Notes under the pieces: generated by a model
Databases searched by the model: none
What the model was told of the DNA's origin: nothing
What the model saw: only the letters and a program-made list of their open reading frames with translations
Made by a program: the position numbers and the translations under genes
Origin: Mobula hypostoma
Taxonomy: Eukaryota
Reading direction: 5' to 3'
DNA length: 64,000 nt
Assembly (NCBI RefSeq): GCF_963921235.1
Contig: NC_086118.1
Coordinates: forward strand, 14,696,001-14,760,000
Part shown: positions 47,987 to 61,256 of the stretch, in pieces
Layout of the letters: every line of letters starts with the position of its first letter
Position numbering within the stretch: the first letter of the stretch is position 1

Positions 47987-49229
47987 CTAGAGAACAAGGA
48001 GAGAAACACGGTCATAACCTCTTCCATTATAAAATCAGTGTTTAGAACCAGGCATCTAAATCTCAAAATAAAGGATCAGCCATTCCAGACAAGAGAAGAA
48101 ATTCTGTAGACTCAAGTTTAATTCAAAATACTAAAGAAAAAAAAAATAAACTTATCTACAAATACTTAATCAGTTTTACATTTATAGTAATTTTCCTTTC
48201 ATTATTTACATCCCTGAATATCAGAAGTTATTAAAAGATCATCAAGGTGCCTTAGGCTTTCACAGCTGACAAGACCTCAGTCTCTGCTTGGGTGCCTTGA
48301 AAGGCTGGTCGGGTGTTCAGAGGATGGAGTCTCACCACTGGGTGGGTCTTGTTGCTTAGTGACACAGGGCATCCAGTCCAAGTAAGCAGAAGAACCAGTA
48401 CATCCTCGATGCTCAAAATAAGATTTTATCAAAGTTCGCATATATTACCATATAGTATCTTGAAATTCATTTTCCTGCAAACAGTTACAGAAAAATAAAG
48501 AAATGCAATAGAATTTAGGAAATTCTATTTCCTTCATGCAGGATGCTAGGGAGCGGAAGTCATGTCCCTGTCACTTCAAACTGGGCTGAAGTTCCCCACA
48601 CCCACCTCAATGACCTCGCTTTCCATGGTGGCAAATGGTGACTTCCAGAGGCCATACCTGGCTTTCTGAAAGTCAAGTTCGTCCAGTCCTTCAGGCTCAT
48701 TAGGAGACTGCAAGATCACTGATGCATTTTGACAATTCAAAAGTGCATCTCTTAAAAGTGAAATTATGGGCTGCAGATTGCAGCAATAACAGTTCAGAAA
48801 AATGTACATCTAGCAACACTGTGCTCACAAAATGTCACAGTACATCACCAGCACCAATATGCTTGTAAATTTATTCGTTATTTATTACATCTTTGCGTTC
48901 TTTGTATGAGATATATAAATGTAACCTTGTTCCGTCAGTTACAAAATGCCTTCCTTCTTATTAATTGTCTGCTTAGTAGCTGTATTCAGTCTTCATTGTG
49001 CTTACTAGAAAGAAGCCAGGGATTATTAAATCATTGTTTGTTCCTTTTGTATCACAAAGAATTTCCACACCCCTCTCCTGAGATGTCCCATGCTCCATTT
49101 GTACTTATATAATACCCAAGTCTCAATGCACCTATTAAACTTATAAACAAGTTCAGAAGTTATGTAACTCTGTAGTTTAGTGAAAACGCATCATATTTCT
49201 CCTTTAGTCTTTGCATTTACCAGGAGCTG

Positions 49230-49860
49230 ATTTTTACTTTACTTTATACTTTATTGTCGCCAAACAATTGATACTAGAACATACAATCGTCAGAGCGATA
49301 TTTGATTCTGCGCTTTGCGCTCCCTGGAGTACAAATCGATAGTAAATATTAAAAATTTAGATTATAAATCATAAATAGAAAACAGGAAAGATAAAGTAAG
49401 GTAGTGCAAAAGAAACCGAGTGGCAGGTCCGGATATTTGGAGGGTACGGCCCAGATCTGGGTCAGGCTCCATTCAGCAGTCTTATCACAGTTGGAAAGAA
49501 GCTGTTCCCAAATCTGGTCGCATGAGTCTTCAGGCTCCTGAGCGTTCTCCTGGAGGGAAGAGGGACGAAAAGTGTGTTGGCTGGCTGAGCTGTGTCCTTG
49601 ATTATCCTGGCAGCACTGCTCCGACAGCATGCAGTGTAAAGTGAATCCAAGGACGGAAGATTGGTTTGTGTGATGTGTTGGGCTGTGTTCACGAACTCCT
49701 GCAGCTTCTTCTGGTCTTGGACAGGACAACTTCCATACCAGGTTGTGATGCACCCTAGAAGAATACTTTCTACGGTGCATCCATAAAAATTAGTGAGGGT
49801 TTTAGGGGACAGGCCAAATTTTTTTAGCTTTCTTAGGAAGTAAAGGCGCTGGTGGGCCTT
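49230..49860 (-). mobile_element. Rex1/Babar-type LINE 3' fragment
   Basis: KAHQRLYFLRKLKKF..CTVESILLGCIT.WYG..NSFFPTVIRLLN. Confidence 0.88.
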
Positions 49861-50194
49861 TAAGCCATCCAACCACAAAAATAAACATGCATTAAGATCT
49901 TGTTGTGTAGGTTTTCCATATTGATTGCCATTAGGCTCTAGGCTGTACAATAGAGGGTCACCCCTTGAGTAAAAAATTTCAAATTTTCCTCTCCAAAAGA
50001 ATAATCACTTATCACTGTTTGAATAAGAATGAAGTCCAATATGTTACATAACTAGTGGACTGCTGACTTCCCCAAACCTTTAGAGTTTTATTCTAACTCC
50101 ATTTATCTGAACAAACACTGAGTAGTCTTCCCAGGATGGGAGTTCAATGTTCACAGTAAATCTTATTATCAAAGTACCTGTACTGATAATAATT

Positions 50195-50350
50195 TGGAAG
50201 AGCTGATTGTGGACTTCAGGAAGAGTAAGACGAAGGAACACATACCAATCCTCATAGAGGGATCAGAAGTGGAGAGAGTGAGCAGTTTCAAGTTATTGGG
50301 TGTCAAGATCTCTGAGGACCTAACCTGGCCTCAACATATCAATGCAGTTA
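50195..50350 (+). mobile_element. Rex1/Babar-type RT fragment
   Basis: ELIVDFRK..VERVSSFKLLGVKISEDLTW. Confidence 0.75.
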
Positions 50351-52732
50351 TACCAGTACTGGAGTGCAAGTCTAACACTCAATAAACATCAGTGACAAGA
50401 ATAAATATTCTCTATGAACTCTTGATGCAGTTTACTCAGGTGGGCTTGTGCCTCAAACAGAAACAATTTCAAACATAAGTATGCAATTTTAAGAACACTT
50501 GCCTAAATTTTGTGGTTCGATATAATCATTTATCCATGTAAGCAGAATTCTCAAAGCCACTGACAATGACAGCAATTTTTCTTACTATTTTCTGACTCCA
50601 CCTAAAGTCTAGCAAGTGAGTGTGGTTGTAAATAGTCACCATAACGTGATGGGAAATTCACTTGAAGAACCTATGGCAGTACTTGACAAAAGAAGAGCTG
50701 TAAACAGGAAAGAATTCTATTCATTATAAAACAAGTTCTTGAGCTTAAATATTTTTATTATTATAAAACAAAAATATTTGAAAATACTTTGCTTATTTAT
50801 GAATGTATTGTAAATATTAAAAACATTCAAGGATTTCAAAACAAAACTAAGCAAGCATGTAGTTTACCAACAGTCATAAGTTTCCATCAATTTTTTGGGA
50901 TAGGCCTTTTTTGACTACTCAAACCCATCTCTCTCTGTCTGTCTTGCACACACAATTACATTGTAAAAGGCTTTGTCAACACATTTGACTTCATCCCAAT
51001 CATTGCAAGCGTGACTGTTTATTGTAGGTCAGATTTAGTTCACCCAAGGTTTAGGAGCAATTATCTTCACAACCTTGCCTATCATTAGATCAACTTGCCA
51101 ATAGTTAAAAGGCTTATTCACATGTACCCATTCCAGTAGCGCTCAGATCTCATTTCTAGATATTTTCTCTGCCAGAGAATTCTTTAAAGAAAATAAAAAT
51201 CATTTCATTTTTTTGGTTCATTAACAGTTTAAGCTAAATATTGCATACATCAACCTTATGAATTAAATTCTGTGGAACGTGGGAAGCACTTTCAATATAA
51301 TCAACAAAGATTGGCCCGTGAAATGTTATTAAGAATATTAATCCATCAAATATAATACTTTGTATCTTTTTCTGTAATTCCTTCTTAGACATTTTGAAGT
51401 CATACAAATGAACATTGCCTGACACTGAGCTTTGCATAAAGGGTTATTTCATTTCAATCAAGGTGTGAAAAGAACTTGGTTGGGAATTTATACAAGGCAA
51501 TGTTAGAAGCAAATGCTGGATTTCATTTGCTGCTAATGCATTTACTTTAGGGGCAATATTAGTCAATAATGAACTACAATGTGCCCAGAATGCACATTCC
51601 TTAATGGTGACATTGCTGAAGAAAGTAAAGTTTTCTCACTTAAGTTCAAACTCTCAGCTCTTTACAGGAACCACCCTTACAGAAGAACTTCATCATAGGG
51701 CAAGAGAAAAGGAGAAATGGAACTGAGGAAGCACCATAAAATTACCTACATAAACCTCAGGCAAGAGAGAAGGGAGTTAGTTCCTTAGAGTATTAACTAT
51801 TCAGAAAAAAATCCATTAGCATTGTTGGAAACCACTCTTTTTTTAAAATAACATTTTTATAATATTTGTATTTTTTCACAAATTCATATTGTTCACACTC
51901 ACTGGCAGAAAGTGGTATAGCAGCTAAACTAACGGTTTATTCCCTGTCTCATTTTTCATTGGCTAAGTATTAGCACATTACCCAAGTGACGTAATTGTTT
52001 TGATTATGTAGCCTATTGACTAGTTCATTCCTATCAAAAGAATTTTCCTTATTTTATTATAATAGTGATAGATTTTTCAGTGGTGTAATCTTGGCTTCTT
52101 TATTTCTTCTGCCTTTGCATCCATTCTACCTTTTAGTATTGTTTCTTAGCTCTTTGTTTAGTTTGCTCAGTATTTGGATGTTTGTTTGTACTCTCAAGTA
52201 AACTGAAATCCTGGAATTAGGACTGCTCATTCATTCCTGACTCCCAGGAGAACCCCAAGGATCAGAAAATAAACAGAGATCCAACAGCATTCATTATTCA
52301 ACTTGCATTTGTTTCAAGGGCATGAACACCACTGGCAAGTCAGAGTCCATTCCCCATCCCTGATATAAATTGAGAGGGTCTGCAATAAAATGTTTGTCAA
52401 ATCAAAACTGAAGACAAACACTGAGCATCTTTACAAAACATCATCTGTTTGATGATTGACTGCGTAGACAGTGATGGCCCTAATTGAAGAGGCTGTGCCT
52501 AACACGATAAACAGACCAAGCTATAGCTAGACCATTTTGATACCATGGAAACAAAAGAAATAGCAGAAGGAATCTCAAAGACTCTTCATTGTTTACTTGA
52601 ACAATAGAAAAAGTTTAGCCCATTAATCCATTTTCCATGACTGTAATCATCCTTAGAGCAGCCATTCGGGTGCCTACTGCTGTAGGCTCCCCACACAAGG
52701 GAATGTTAGGAAGGAGAGGTTGCCCCAAACCT

Positions 52733-54128
52733 CAAACACGAGGAAATCTGCAGATGCTGGAATTTCAAGCAACACACATAAAAGTTGCTGGTGAACGCAG
52801 CAGGCCAGGCAGCATCTCTAGGAAGAGGTACAGTTGACGTTTTGGGCCGAGACCCTTCGTCAGGACTAACTGAAAGAAGAGCTAGTAAGAGATTTGAAAG
52901 TTGGAGGGGGAGGGGGAGATCCAAAATGATAGGAGAAGACAGGAGTGGGAGGGATGGAGCCAAGAGCTGGACAGGTGATTGGCAAAAGGGATATGAGAGG
53001 ATCATGGGACGGGAGGCCCAGGGAGAAAGAAAGGGGGAGAGGGGGGAAAACCCAGAGTACAGTGAGAGGGACAGAGGGAGAAAAAGGAGAGAGAATAAAT
53101 ATTATATACACACATATATAATAATAATAATAATAAAGAAGAAAGAAATAACAGATGGGGTGGTGGGGCATTAGCGGAAGTTAGAGAAGTCAATGTTCAT
53201 GCCATCAGGTTGGAGGCTACCCAGAGGGAATATAAGGTGTTGTTCCTCCAACCTGAGTGTGGCTTCATCTTGTCGGTAGAGGAGGCCGTGGATAGACATG
53301 TCAGAATGGAATGGGACGTGGAATTAAAATGTGTGGCCACTGGGAGATCCTGCTTTCTCTGGCGGACAGAGCGTAGGTGTTCAGCAAAGCGGTCTCTCAG
53401 TCTGCGTCGGGTCTTGCCAATATATAAAAGGCCACATCGGGAGCACCGGACACAGTATATCACCCCAGCCGACTCACAGGTTGAGTGTCGCCTCACCTGG
53501 AAGGACTGTCTGGGGCCCTGAATGGTGGTGAGGGAGGAAGTGTAAGGGCATGTGTAGCACTTGTTCCGCTTACAAGGATAAGTGCCGGGAGAGAGATCGG
53601 TGGGGAGGGATGGGGGGGGGGAACGAATGGACAAGGGAGTCGCGTAGGAAGCAATCCCTGCGGAAAGCAGAGTGGGGGGGGGAGGGAAAGATATGCTTAG
53701 TGGTGGGGTCCCGTTGGAGGTGGCAGAAGTTACAGAGAATTATATGCTGGACCCAGAGGATGGAGGCGGGTCCAGCATATATATATATATTCTCTCTCTC
53801 CCTTTTTCTCCCTCTGTCCCTCTCACTATACTCCTTGCCCATCCTCTGGGTTCCCCCCCTCCCCCTTTCTTTCTCCCTGGGCCTCCTATCCCATGATCCT
53901 CTCATATCCCTTTTACCAATCAACCTTCCAGCTCTTGGTTCCATCCCTCCCCCTCCTGTCTTCTCCTATCATTTCGGATCTCCCCCTCCCCCTCCCGCTT
54001 TCAAATCTCTTACTAGCTCTTCTTTCAGTTAGTCCTGACGAAGGGTTTCGGCCCGAAACGTCGACTGTACCTCTTCCTAGAGATGCTGCCTGGCCTGCTG
54101 CGTTCACCAGCAACTTTTATGTGTGTTG
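52733..54128 (-). mobile_element. young Penelope-like element: GIY-YIG endonuclease remnant between inverted pLTRs, with TSD
   Basis: CKRNKCYTC..VIYCVRCSRCGLLYIGKTRRRLRDRFAEH..PVATHFN; ~340-bp inverted arms; direct repeat GTTGCCCCAAACCT at 52719-52732 and 54125-54138. Confidence 0.92.
54031..54066 (+). ncRNA. minimal type I hammerhead ribozyme motif (Penelope pLTR)
   Basis: AGUC-CUGACGA-a-GGGuuucggCCC-GAAA-C-GUC^GACU: stem I AGUC/GACU, stem II GGG/CCC, palindromic stem III ACGU, GUC cleavage triplet. Confidence 0.75.
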
Positions 54129-54630
54129 CCCCAAACCTGACTACTGGAAGCTGATCCAGATGGGGAAGATGAAAGTCAGGTTTTTAGTTGCTGAGATTTT
54201 CTAGCATTACCATATACTTGCTCCATTTCACTACAGAAGATTATCTAATACCATCTATTGGCCAAACTCTAAGTCATAAGTTATTAACACCCATAGATTA
54301 CTTACGGAATTCTGTCATACCAAATTTAACTCATGCCCTGGTTTTTACTTTGATGTATGTAGGTCATACATCAAAGTAACAATTTAACAATGAATAACAA
54401 TGCAAGTAAATAGGGTGGAAGGCACATAAGATATAGGAGCAGAGTTAGGCCCATCTGGCCATCACGTCTGCTACGTTTAATCATTGTTGATCCATTTCCC
54501 TCTTAGTAAATATGAAGATAAGGAAAATTTCAGCATTTGGCAAAGAAGAAAAAAGAGGGGAAAGTAAAATATGAGAAGCAAGAAAAAGGCAAGTAGGCCA
54601 TAAAATTCCCTGAAGAGAAAAAGGCCAATA

Positions 54631-55531
54631 CAGGTTGACCACCGATTTATCAGAAACTGAAGGTTCAGCACCCTTTTAATTTGGATGAAATTAAGATTCC
54701 AAGTATTGCTCACTTTTCATGCAACATCATTTAGACAAGGTGAATACTGGCAATTCTGTACAGACAATTATTAAAGAATTTAAGGTGACAGGCGTTCTTT
54801 GGTTCATTGTTCAAGGGTGGCAGACGATACAACCTTCAACACGAAAGAATGGCTGGCATAAGTTGTGGCCTGCCTTGATGTTTGATCATGCTCCTGAAGA
54901 AAAGCTTGACAATGATTTTACAGGATTTCATGTACTAAAGGAGAAAGTAGCTGTTCATGATTTGCTTGTGTACGCAAAATTGTTACAGGACCTGCTTTCT
55001 AAGATCTAGCAAGTAGTCTGAATGAAGAAAACCTATGTGAGTGAATGATCGTCGACGACAAAACACCCGTTGTGCATCACCTTACGGACCTGGAAATTAT
55101 AGACTGTGTTCTGAATGCTGATAAAAACACTTCAAGTGATGAAGATGGCAGTGATGCTGATGAAACAGATGAAACTGAAGGATTTACTATTGACAAGTTA
55201 ATTGAATCTTGGGTTGGAGAAATGTACCACCGTGATGGAACAAGAGTTAATGAATTTTTATTTGATGCAAGAAAAGTTACACAGGGAGAGATCAAATTAC
55301 TTGAAACAACTTCGCGTGGATGAAATGTCTAAAATGATAACCAAGAAACAACAATCTTCGAAGCACAGTAATTAATAAATTTAAATCTAATTTTTATTTA
55401 ACTAATAATCCTTTTTAAGCTTCTGTAGTCCATTTTTGCCTTTATTATTGCGTGACCTCTTTTATTCCAGCAAAACATTAATCCAGCAAGTCTCAGGAAC
55501 CAAGGGTGCTGGAAAATCAGTGGTCAACCTG
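54631..55531 (+). mobile_element. Tigger/pogo-like DNA transposon deletion derivative
   Basis: TA|CAGGTTGACCAC.GATTT ... AAATCAGTGGTCAACCTG|TA; remnant GWQTIQPSTRKNGWHKLW and LTDLEIIDCV resemble the Tigger C-terminus. Confidence 0.8.
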
Positions 55532-55714
55532 TATTATCAAAATTTAATGTTGTTTCTTTATAAACTGAAGTAGGGGAAAGAAACAAATGGAAGAAACAGA
55601 CATTCAAGTAATGGTGAAGAGAAGTACCTCGAAGGAAGATGATGCATTGAAAGTAACTAGCATTAGTGTACATAATATTGAAGAAAGTTAATGGCACAGA
55701 AATAAGAGCATAAT

Positions 55715-56670
55715 ATATAGGAGCAGAATTAGGCCATTTGGCCCATTGAGTCTGCTCTGCCATTTCATCATGGCTGATCCATTTTCCCTCTCAGCCCCAA
55801 TCTCCTGCCTTCTCCCTGTATCCCTTCGTGCCCTGACTAATCAAGGAACTATCAACCTCTGCCTTAAATATGCCCTATGACTTGGCCTCCACAGTCGCCT
55901 GTGGGAAAGAATTCCACAGATTCACCACTTTCTGGCTGAAGAAATTCCTCCTCATCTCCATTCTAAACGGACATCCCTCTATTCTGAGACCGTGTCCTCT
56001 GATCTGAAGACTCCCTCACCATAGGAAACATCCTCCCCACATCCGCTCTACTGAAGCTTTACTCTTGAGGTATAAAGCATACATGCCTCATCAATCATAG
56101 CACTGAGCAAAGGAGTCAGGAAGCCAGTTTGCAGTTGTACAAAACTTTGGTTAGGCCTCCTTTGGAATATTGTGCACAGTTCCGGTTGTCCCGTTACATA
56201 AAGGATGTGTCGGCTTTGGAGATGGTGCAGTAGAGGTTCACCAGCATCATGCATGCATTAGACAGTATTAGCTATAAGGAGAGATGGGGCAAACACAAAA
56301 TGTTTTCATTGGTGTGTCAGAGACTGAGGGGAGAGCTCATGGAGGTTCATAAAATGATGACATGCATCAACACAGTAGATAAGGACTCTCTGGGGAAGAA
56401 TTGTCAAATTCTAGAGAATATAGCTTTAAGGTAAGAGGGATAAATTTAAAGGGGATGGGAAGGGTAAGTGTCTTTACAGAAGAATGGTAATATACCAGGA
56501 AACAAACATGATAGTGGTGTTTAAGAGGCGTTTAGACAGACAAATGAACATGCAGGGAAAGGACGGATATGGATGATGTGCAGACAGATAGGTCTGATTT
56601 AGTCCGGCATCACGTTCAGCACAGACGTCACGGCTGAAAGGCCTGATCCTGTTTTCTAATCTTCTATGAT
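55715..56670. mobile_element. CR1 fragments (minus ~55715-56050, plus ~56120-56670)
   Basis: CR1 3' UTR and RT C-terminal similarity. Confidence 0.75.
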
Positions 56671-58669
56671 CTAAAGTGTTGTTTTATTCACATCCACTGG
56701 CATTTTTACACATCTTCTCAAATTAAAACATCTGCAAGTAACAGACAATAGAGGTAGCAAGCCCAGGATCCTATTGAATTGAGGTCACACTGGACAAGCT
56801 GATATTCAAGAGCACTAAAGGAAGTGCAAAGGCTGTGAGCCTCACCCAAGTTAACACCATCCAGCACACACATCTTTATGAACGCTCAAATGAGACCAGA
56901 ATCACTGCACAGGCGACAGCTGAACTAATAGTGTCTATTTTACACAGAATCACTCCAGTGCTGAAAGTCAGATCAATGCTCTTCTGCACAAAATCTGGTT
57001 GACTGGAAGTGACCCAGCATAGTCAGGAAGACACCATATCCAACAGTATCTCACCCACCTCTGATACCCCTGCACCACACCAGAACAGCCAGACTTTAAA
57101 CCTACAGAATATCAGGGGGATTTTTTGGCATACCACAAGCCTATTTTTAGCTTCAACTAAGTTTCTCTCTCGACTAAAGAATCTGATACCATGAAGTAAA
57201 CAGGCCCAAGTTGTAAGGAGCCAGCTGCCGCACTTAAGTTTCACAGCCGCAAAGGGAAAATCAAAATGTCTCCACACTTATCAAACAGCAAAGTAGTTTC
57301 AGGAAGCTGACTGCCAGATATAGAGCTACATCCTACCCTCGTGGAACTGACTCCGGAGACTAAAATTAAGGTGTTAATGACAACTTCAATATATGTAAAA
57401 TGAAACTATCTAGTTAGGCATTTAGAAACTGGCAATAGAAATCTTATGAGCTGCTTCTGGCAACGTGGTGTAAGAGCTGTAAATGCACTGGGCCCAGCTG
57501 CTAATGAAACGGCAAAGGAAATGAAAATAGGTGGTACCGAACTGAAGGGAACAGCTCAACGACATTCATAGGTAACTTAAAAGGCTAATTAAGTTATGAG
57601 TCGTCTACATCTGACAAAACTGTGGTTGCCCATGTAACCTCCTGCAGTCTTTCATCCTCAATTAGCTGATAACCAGCAATCAAACAAGAACAGCGAACAC
57701 TGAAAAGAGCTCTGATTCTGCCTCAGCGGCATGCTTGTTTACAGCTCCTTCCACATCAAAAACCATGTGTTGTTAGTGTCTATGGTGATGGTGCAGTGAT
57801 TAGGTAGTAGGTTGTAAGTCAAAAGCAGGGACTAACATTCGTCCTGGATTCAAACCTGATTTTGTCTGTCATAGAATTGAAAATGAGCAGATAATCTGCA
57901 CTGAAAGAGACACAGTAATGATGTCCACTATCATAAACATCCATCTCGTTCGCTAACTTCCTTTGTGGAGTGATCAGTCGTCCTTACCCACTCTGGCCTC
58001 TATGCGACGAGAGAATGATTGACTCTCACGTGCACTCTTACTCGGTTCTTACATTATCACTAAATTAAAACAGAAACTTTAAAAAAATAGACCAAACCAG
58101 CAGACTAGCATCAACTTGGACAATTGAATTTGGATATAACGAGGTCACTTCCCATACCACTGATACTGCAAATCCCATCTAAATTGCAGCGATGTCCCTC
58201 AGACTGATGTGGTGATATTCACTGAAGCATACCCTACAAATAATGTGTCAAGCTGCTCACCCCAAGTACATTCTGTCCCAGTAGCACAGCACAGCAGCCA
58301 GCCTCCTTTGCTCCTTGAAAAATAAGCCCAGCCTCTCCAAACTCACCCACAGACCTCCAATCTAGACAACATTTTGGTGAATCTGCTCTGCCCTTTCTCC
58401 AGCATAACCATATACTTTAGTGCGGTGGCTAGAACTGCACACAGCACTCCAAACGCAATCCAGTCTGGTGTTACATATTCTATTCCCTGACCTCTGAAAA
58501 CCTCACATAACCTCCTTGCTATTTTTAGGAATTATGGATATGAATCCCAAGGTCCTACTGTTCATCAACATTCATTAGCACCCAATCATTCATCCACCAT
58601 TACCCCTTACTTCTAACAACAAACCAATTTTGGATCCAATTGGTCAACTCACCTTGACTCTAAAGCAAC

Positions 58670-59022
58670 TTAACTTTGAGGAGACTCCACCCGATGAGCC
58701 AGGGGCCTCTAACGGCCTAATACTATCTCAAGGCTAGGCCTCGATCAGAAGGACTTTGGTCCTTTGAGTGTCGTCGAAGAAAGGAGGTCTTCTATACGCT
58801 GCAGCTCCCGCGACCGCCAGGCGGCTGGAGATTTGACACTGGGTTCTTCCCTCTTTGCTTGCAGTTACTGAGGGAATCCTCTGCTTAATAAGATGTTTCA
58901 ATTCACCACATCAGATCTGAGCTCATAGGCAGAAGAGAACGGAGTGCTGCCAGGTGACATCAGGGGGCAGGGCGTGGTCAAGATGGCAGACCGGCTCAGA
59001 ACGCGCGAGCTCCCCTGCCGGT
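58670..59022 (-). pseudogene. rDNA-derived fragment: probable ITS2 3' end plus 5' ~260 nt of 28S rRNA, degenerate
   Basis: The minus strand reads CTCAGATCTGATGTGG..TGAATTGAAACAT..GGATTCCCTCAGTAAC..GGGAAGAACCCAG..AAGTCCTTCTGATCGAGGCC, collinear with the vertebrate 28S 5' end as I recall it. Confidence 0.82.
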
Positions 59023-59259
59023 AATGTCCAGAACCAACCTATGATGCAGGACTTTATTAAGTGCCTTCATCCAAAGTTCCCTAGATTTGCCAACATTGCC
59101 TTGCTGCACTCGGGCACATGCTGGATGAGCTTTTACTAACTCTCTTTTAAAAGATGCCAACTTGTCAGGTATTGTTTTATCTGCACGCATCTGCTCCAAC
59201 TCTACTTCCACCAAGTCCTCTCTCTCACACTGTTCGAATCACCTTATGGCAAATGGCTA

Positions 59260-60330
59260 ACGAAGTTGTATCTGCATTCTTCTGAGTTCAAACGGAAGAG
59301 GGTGACCACATGGAAACATGCAAGTGTCTCTTTGGGGATAGAGGTGACAAGGTAGATGTTGAGATATTTCCACTAATGGGACAGTCTCAAATGAGGAGCC
59401 AATATTCCTTGAGGATGGTAATTTAAAACTGAGATGTGTAGTAATTACTTTTTTGCAGAAGATGGTGAAACTACAGAATTTCATATGGAGACTGGATCAC
59501 TGCTGCTACTTAAAGAACACATTTTTTTAAAATTAAAGATGGGGAAAATTTATGAACTTGGGGAAATTTATGAATTTGGGGATCTGCCACAGATGGAGAG
59601 TTGAGGCCTAAGGTAGATTAGTAATGATCATATTGAATGGCGGGACAGGCATGAGGGGCCTTGTGACTTACACCAATTCCTTATTTCTTGTGTATATATC
59701 TTGAGGAATTAAATCATCTATGTGTGATTCCCTAGTGAATGAAGCAGTCCGTGCCCGCACGCAGCAAGACCAAAACAACATCCAGGCATGAACGGCTAAG
59801 TGACAGTAACAAAGTTTCTGATCACCTATCCTTGACATTCAGCCTTATTGTGAACAGTTTTGGTTGCTCTATTATAGGGAATGCATCACTAAACTGGAAA
59901 GAGGACAGAGAAGATCTATGAGGCTGCTGCCACTACTCAAGAGCTTGAGTTAAAGTGCGTGGCTGGAATGTGGGAGACTGAGGAGGAACCTTATAGAGGT
60001 GATAAGAGGCATGGAAAAAGTGAAGACACATAGTCTCACTTCCAGGAAATGGGAACTAAAAAAATAGAAGGCATAGGTTTATGGTAAGAGTGAAATAGTC
60101 CTGAGTGGAAATTTCTTCATGCAGAGGGTGATGCAAATATAAAACCAGCTGCCTGGAAAAGTGATAGAGGCAGGTACAATAACAACATCTAAAATAGTTT
60201 CGGATAAGTTCACGCACAGGAGGGGTTTAGAGTGATATGGACCAAACATGGGCAAATGGGACTAGCTTGGTGGGCAAGATGGTTGGCATGGATGAGCAGA
60301 GCTGGGCTGAAGAGTCTGTTTCCATTCTGT
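59260..60330 (+). mobile_element. degenerate CR1 3' fragments
   Basis: CR1 3' UTR similarity. Confidence 0.55.
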
Positions 60331-60859
60331 CTTCCTCCATCACTAATATCATTAGTATTGCTGAGACCCCATTATCAATTTCCGGGAGATTACCATTGAC
60401 CAGAAGCCCAAATGGACCAGTTACATACATATCTCCAAGAGCAGATCAGAGAGTAAGACTCCTGTGCCAACTGACTCACCTTCCAAGGCCCCGAGGCCTT
60501 TCCACCATCAACAAAGCACATGCCGTGAGCCTGATGAGCGTAGTCTCCTCTTGCCTGGTAGAGTGTAGCTCAACGAACACTCAGGAAGCCTGTGCAGTCG
60601 TTGATTGATTCTATTATGGTTATTATTCTATGAAGCTTTCATTGAGTATGTCCGCAAGAAAATGAATCTCAAGGTTGTATATGGTGGCATTTTTGCACCT
60701 TGATAATAAATTTACCCTGAAATTAGAACCAAAACAGAACAAAGAAGCCTGTTTGACTGGCAAACCTTTTCTTTCACTCTCTCCACCACAACTGCACGGC
60801 AACAGTAAAATGGGCTGCCAGCACTCAAGCAGCTCATCCATTACTTAAAACATTTCACA

Positions 60860-61256
60860 AACAAGAGAGAACCTGCAGATGCTGGGAATCCAAGCAATAC
60901 ACACAAAATGCTGGAGGAACCCAGCAGGCCAGGCAGCATCCATGGAAAAGAGTACAGTCGACATTTCAGGCCGAGACTTTTCAGCGGGACTGGAGAGAAA
61001 AAGCTGAGGAGTAGACTTAAAAGGTGGGGGGAGGGAATGGAGAAACACAAGGTGCCAAGTGAAACTCCGAGCCGGAGGGGTGAAGTACAGAGCTGGGAAG
61101 ATACAGGGCTGGAGAAGGGGGAATCTAATGGGAGAGGACAGAAGGCCAGGGAAGAAAGAAAGGGGGGCAGGAGCACCAAAGGGAGGCGATGGACAGGCAA
61201 GGAGATGAGGTGAGAGAGGGAAAAGAGGATGGGGACTGGTGAAGGGGGGGGGGTGT
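60860..61256 (-). mobile_element. Penelope pLTR fragment inserted into an older LINE (~60360-61400)
   Basis: Same family as 52735-53110; the flanking old LINE reads RADQRVRLLCQLTHL..LSTINKAH. Confidence 0.7.

Noticed and set aside
58670..58928. Functional 28S rRNA gene
   Set aside because: Short, mutated, isolated fragment with no 18S or 5.8S context.
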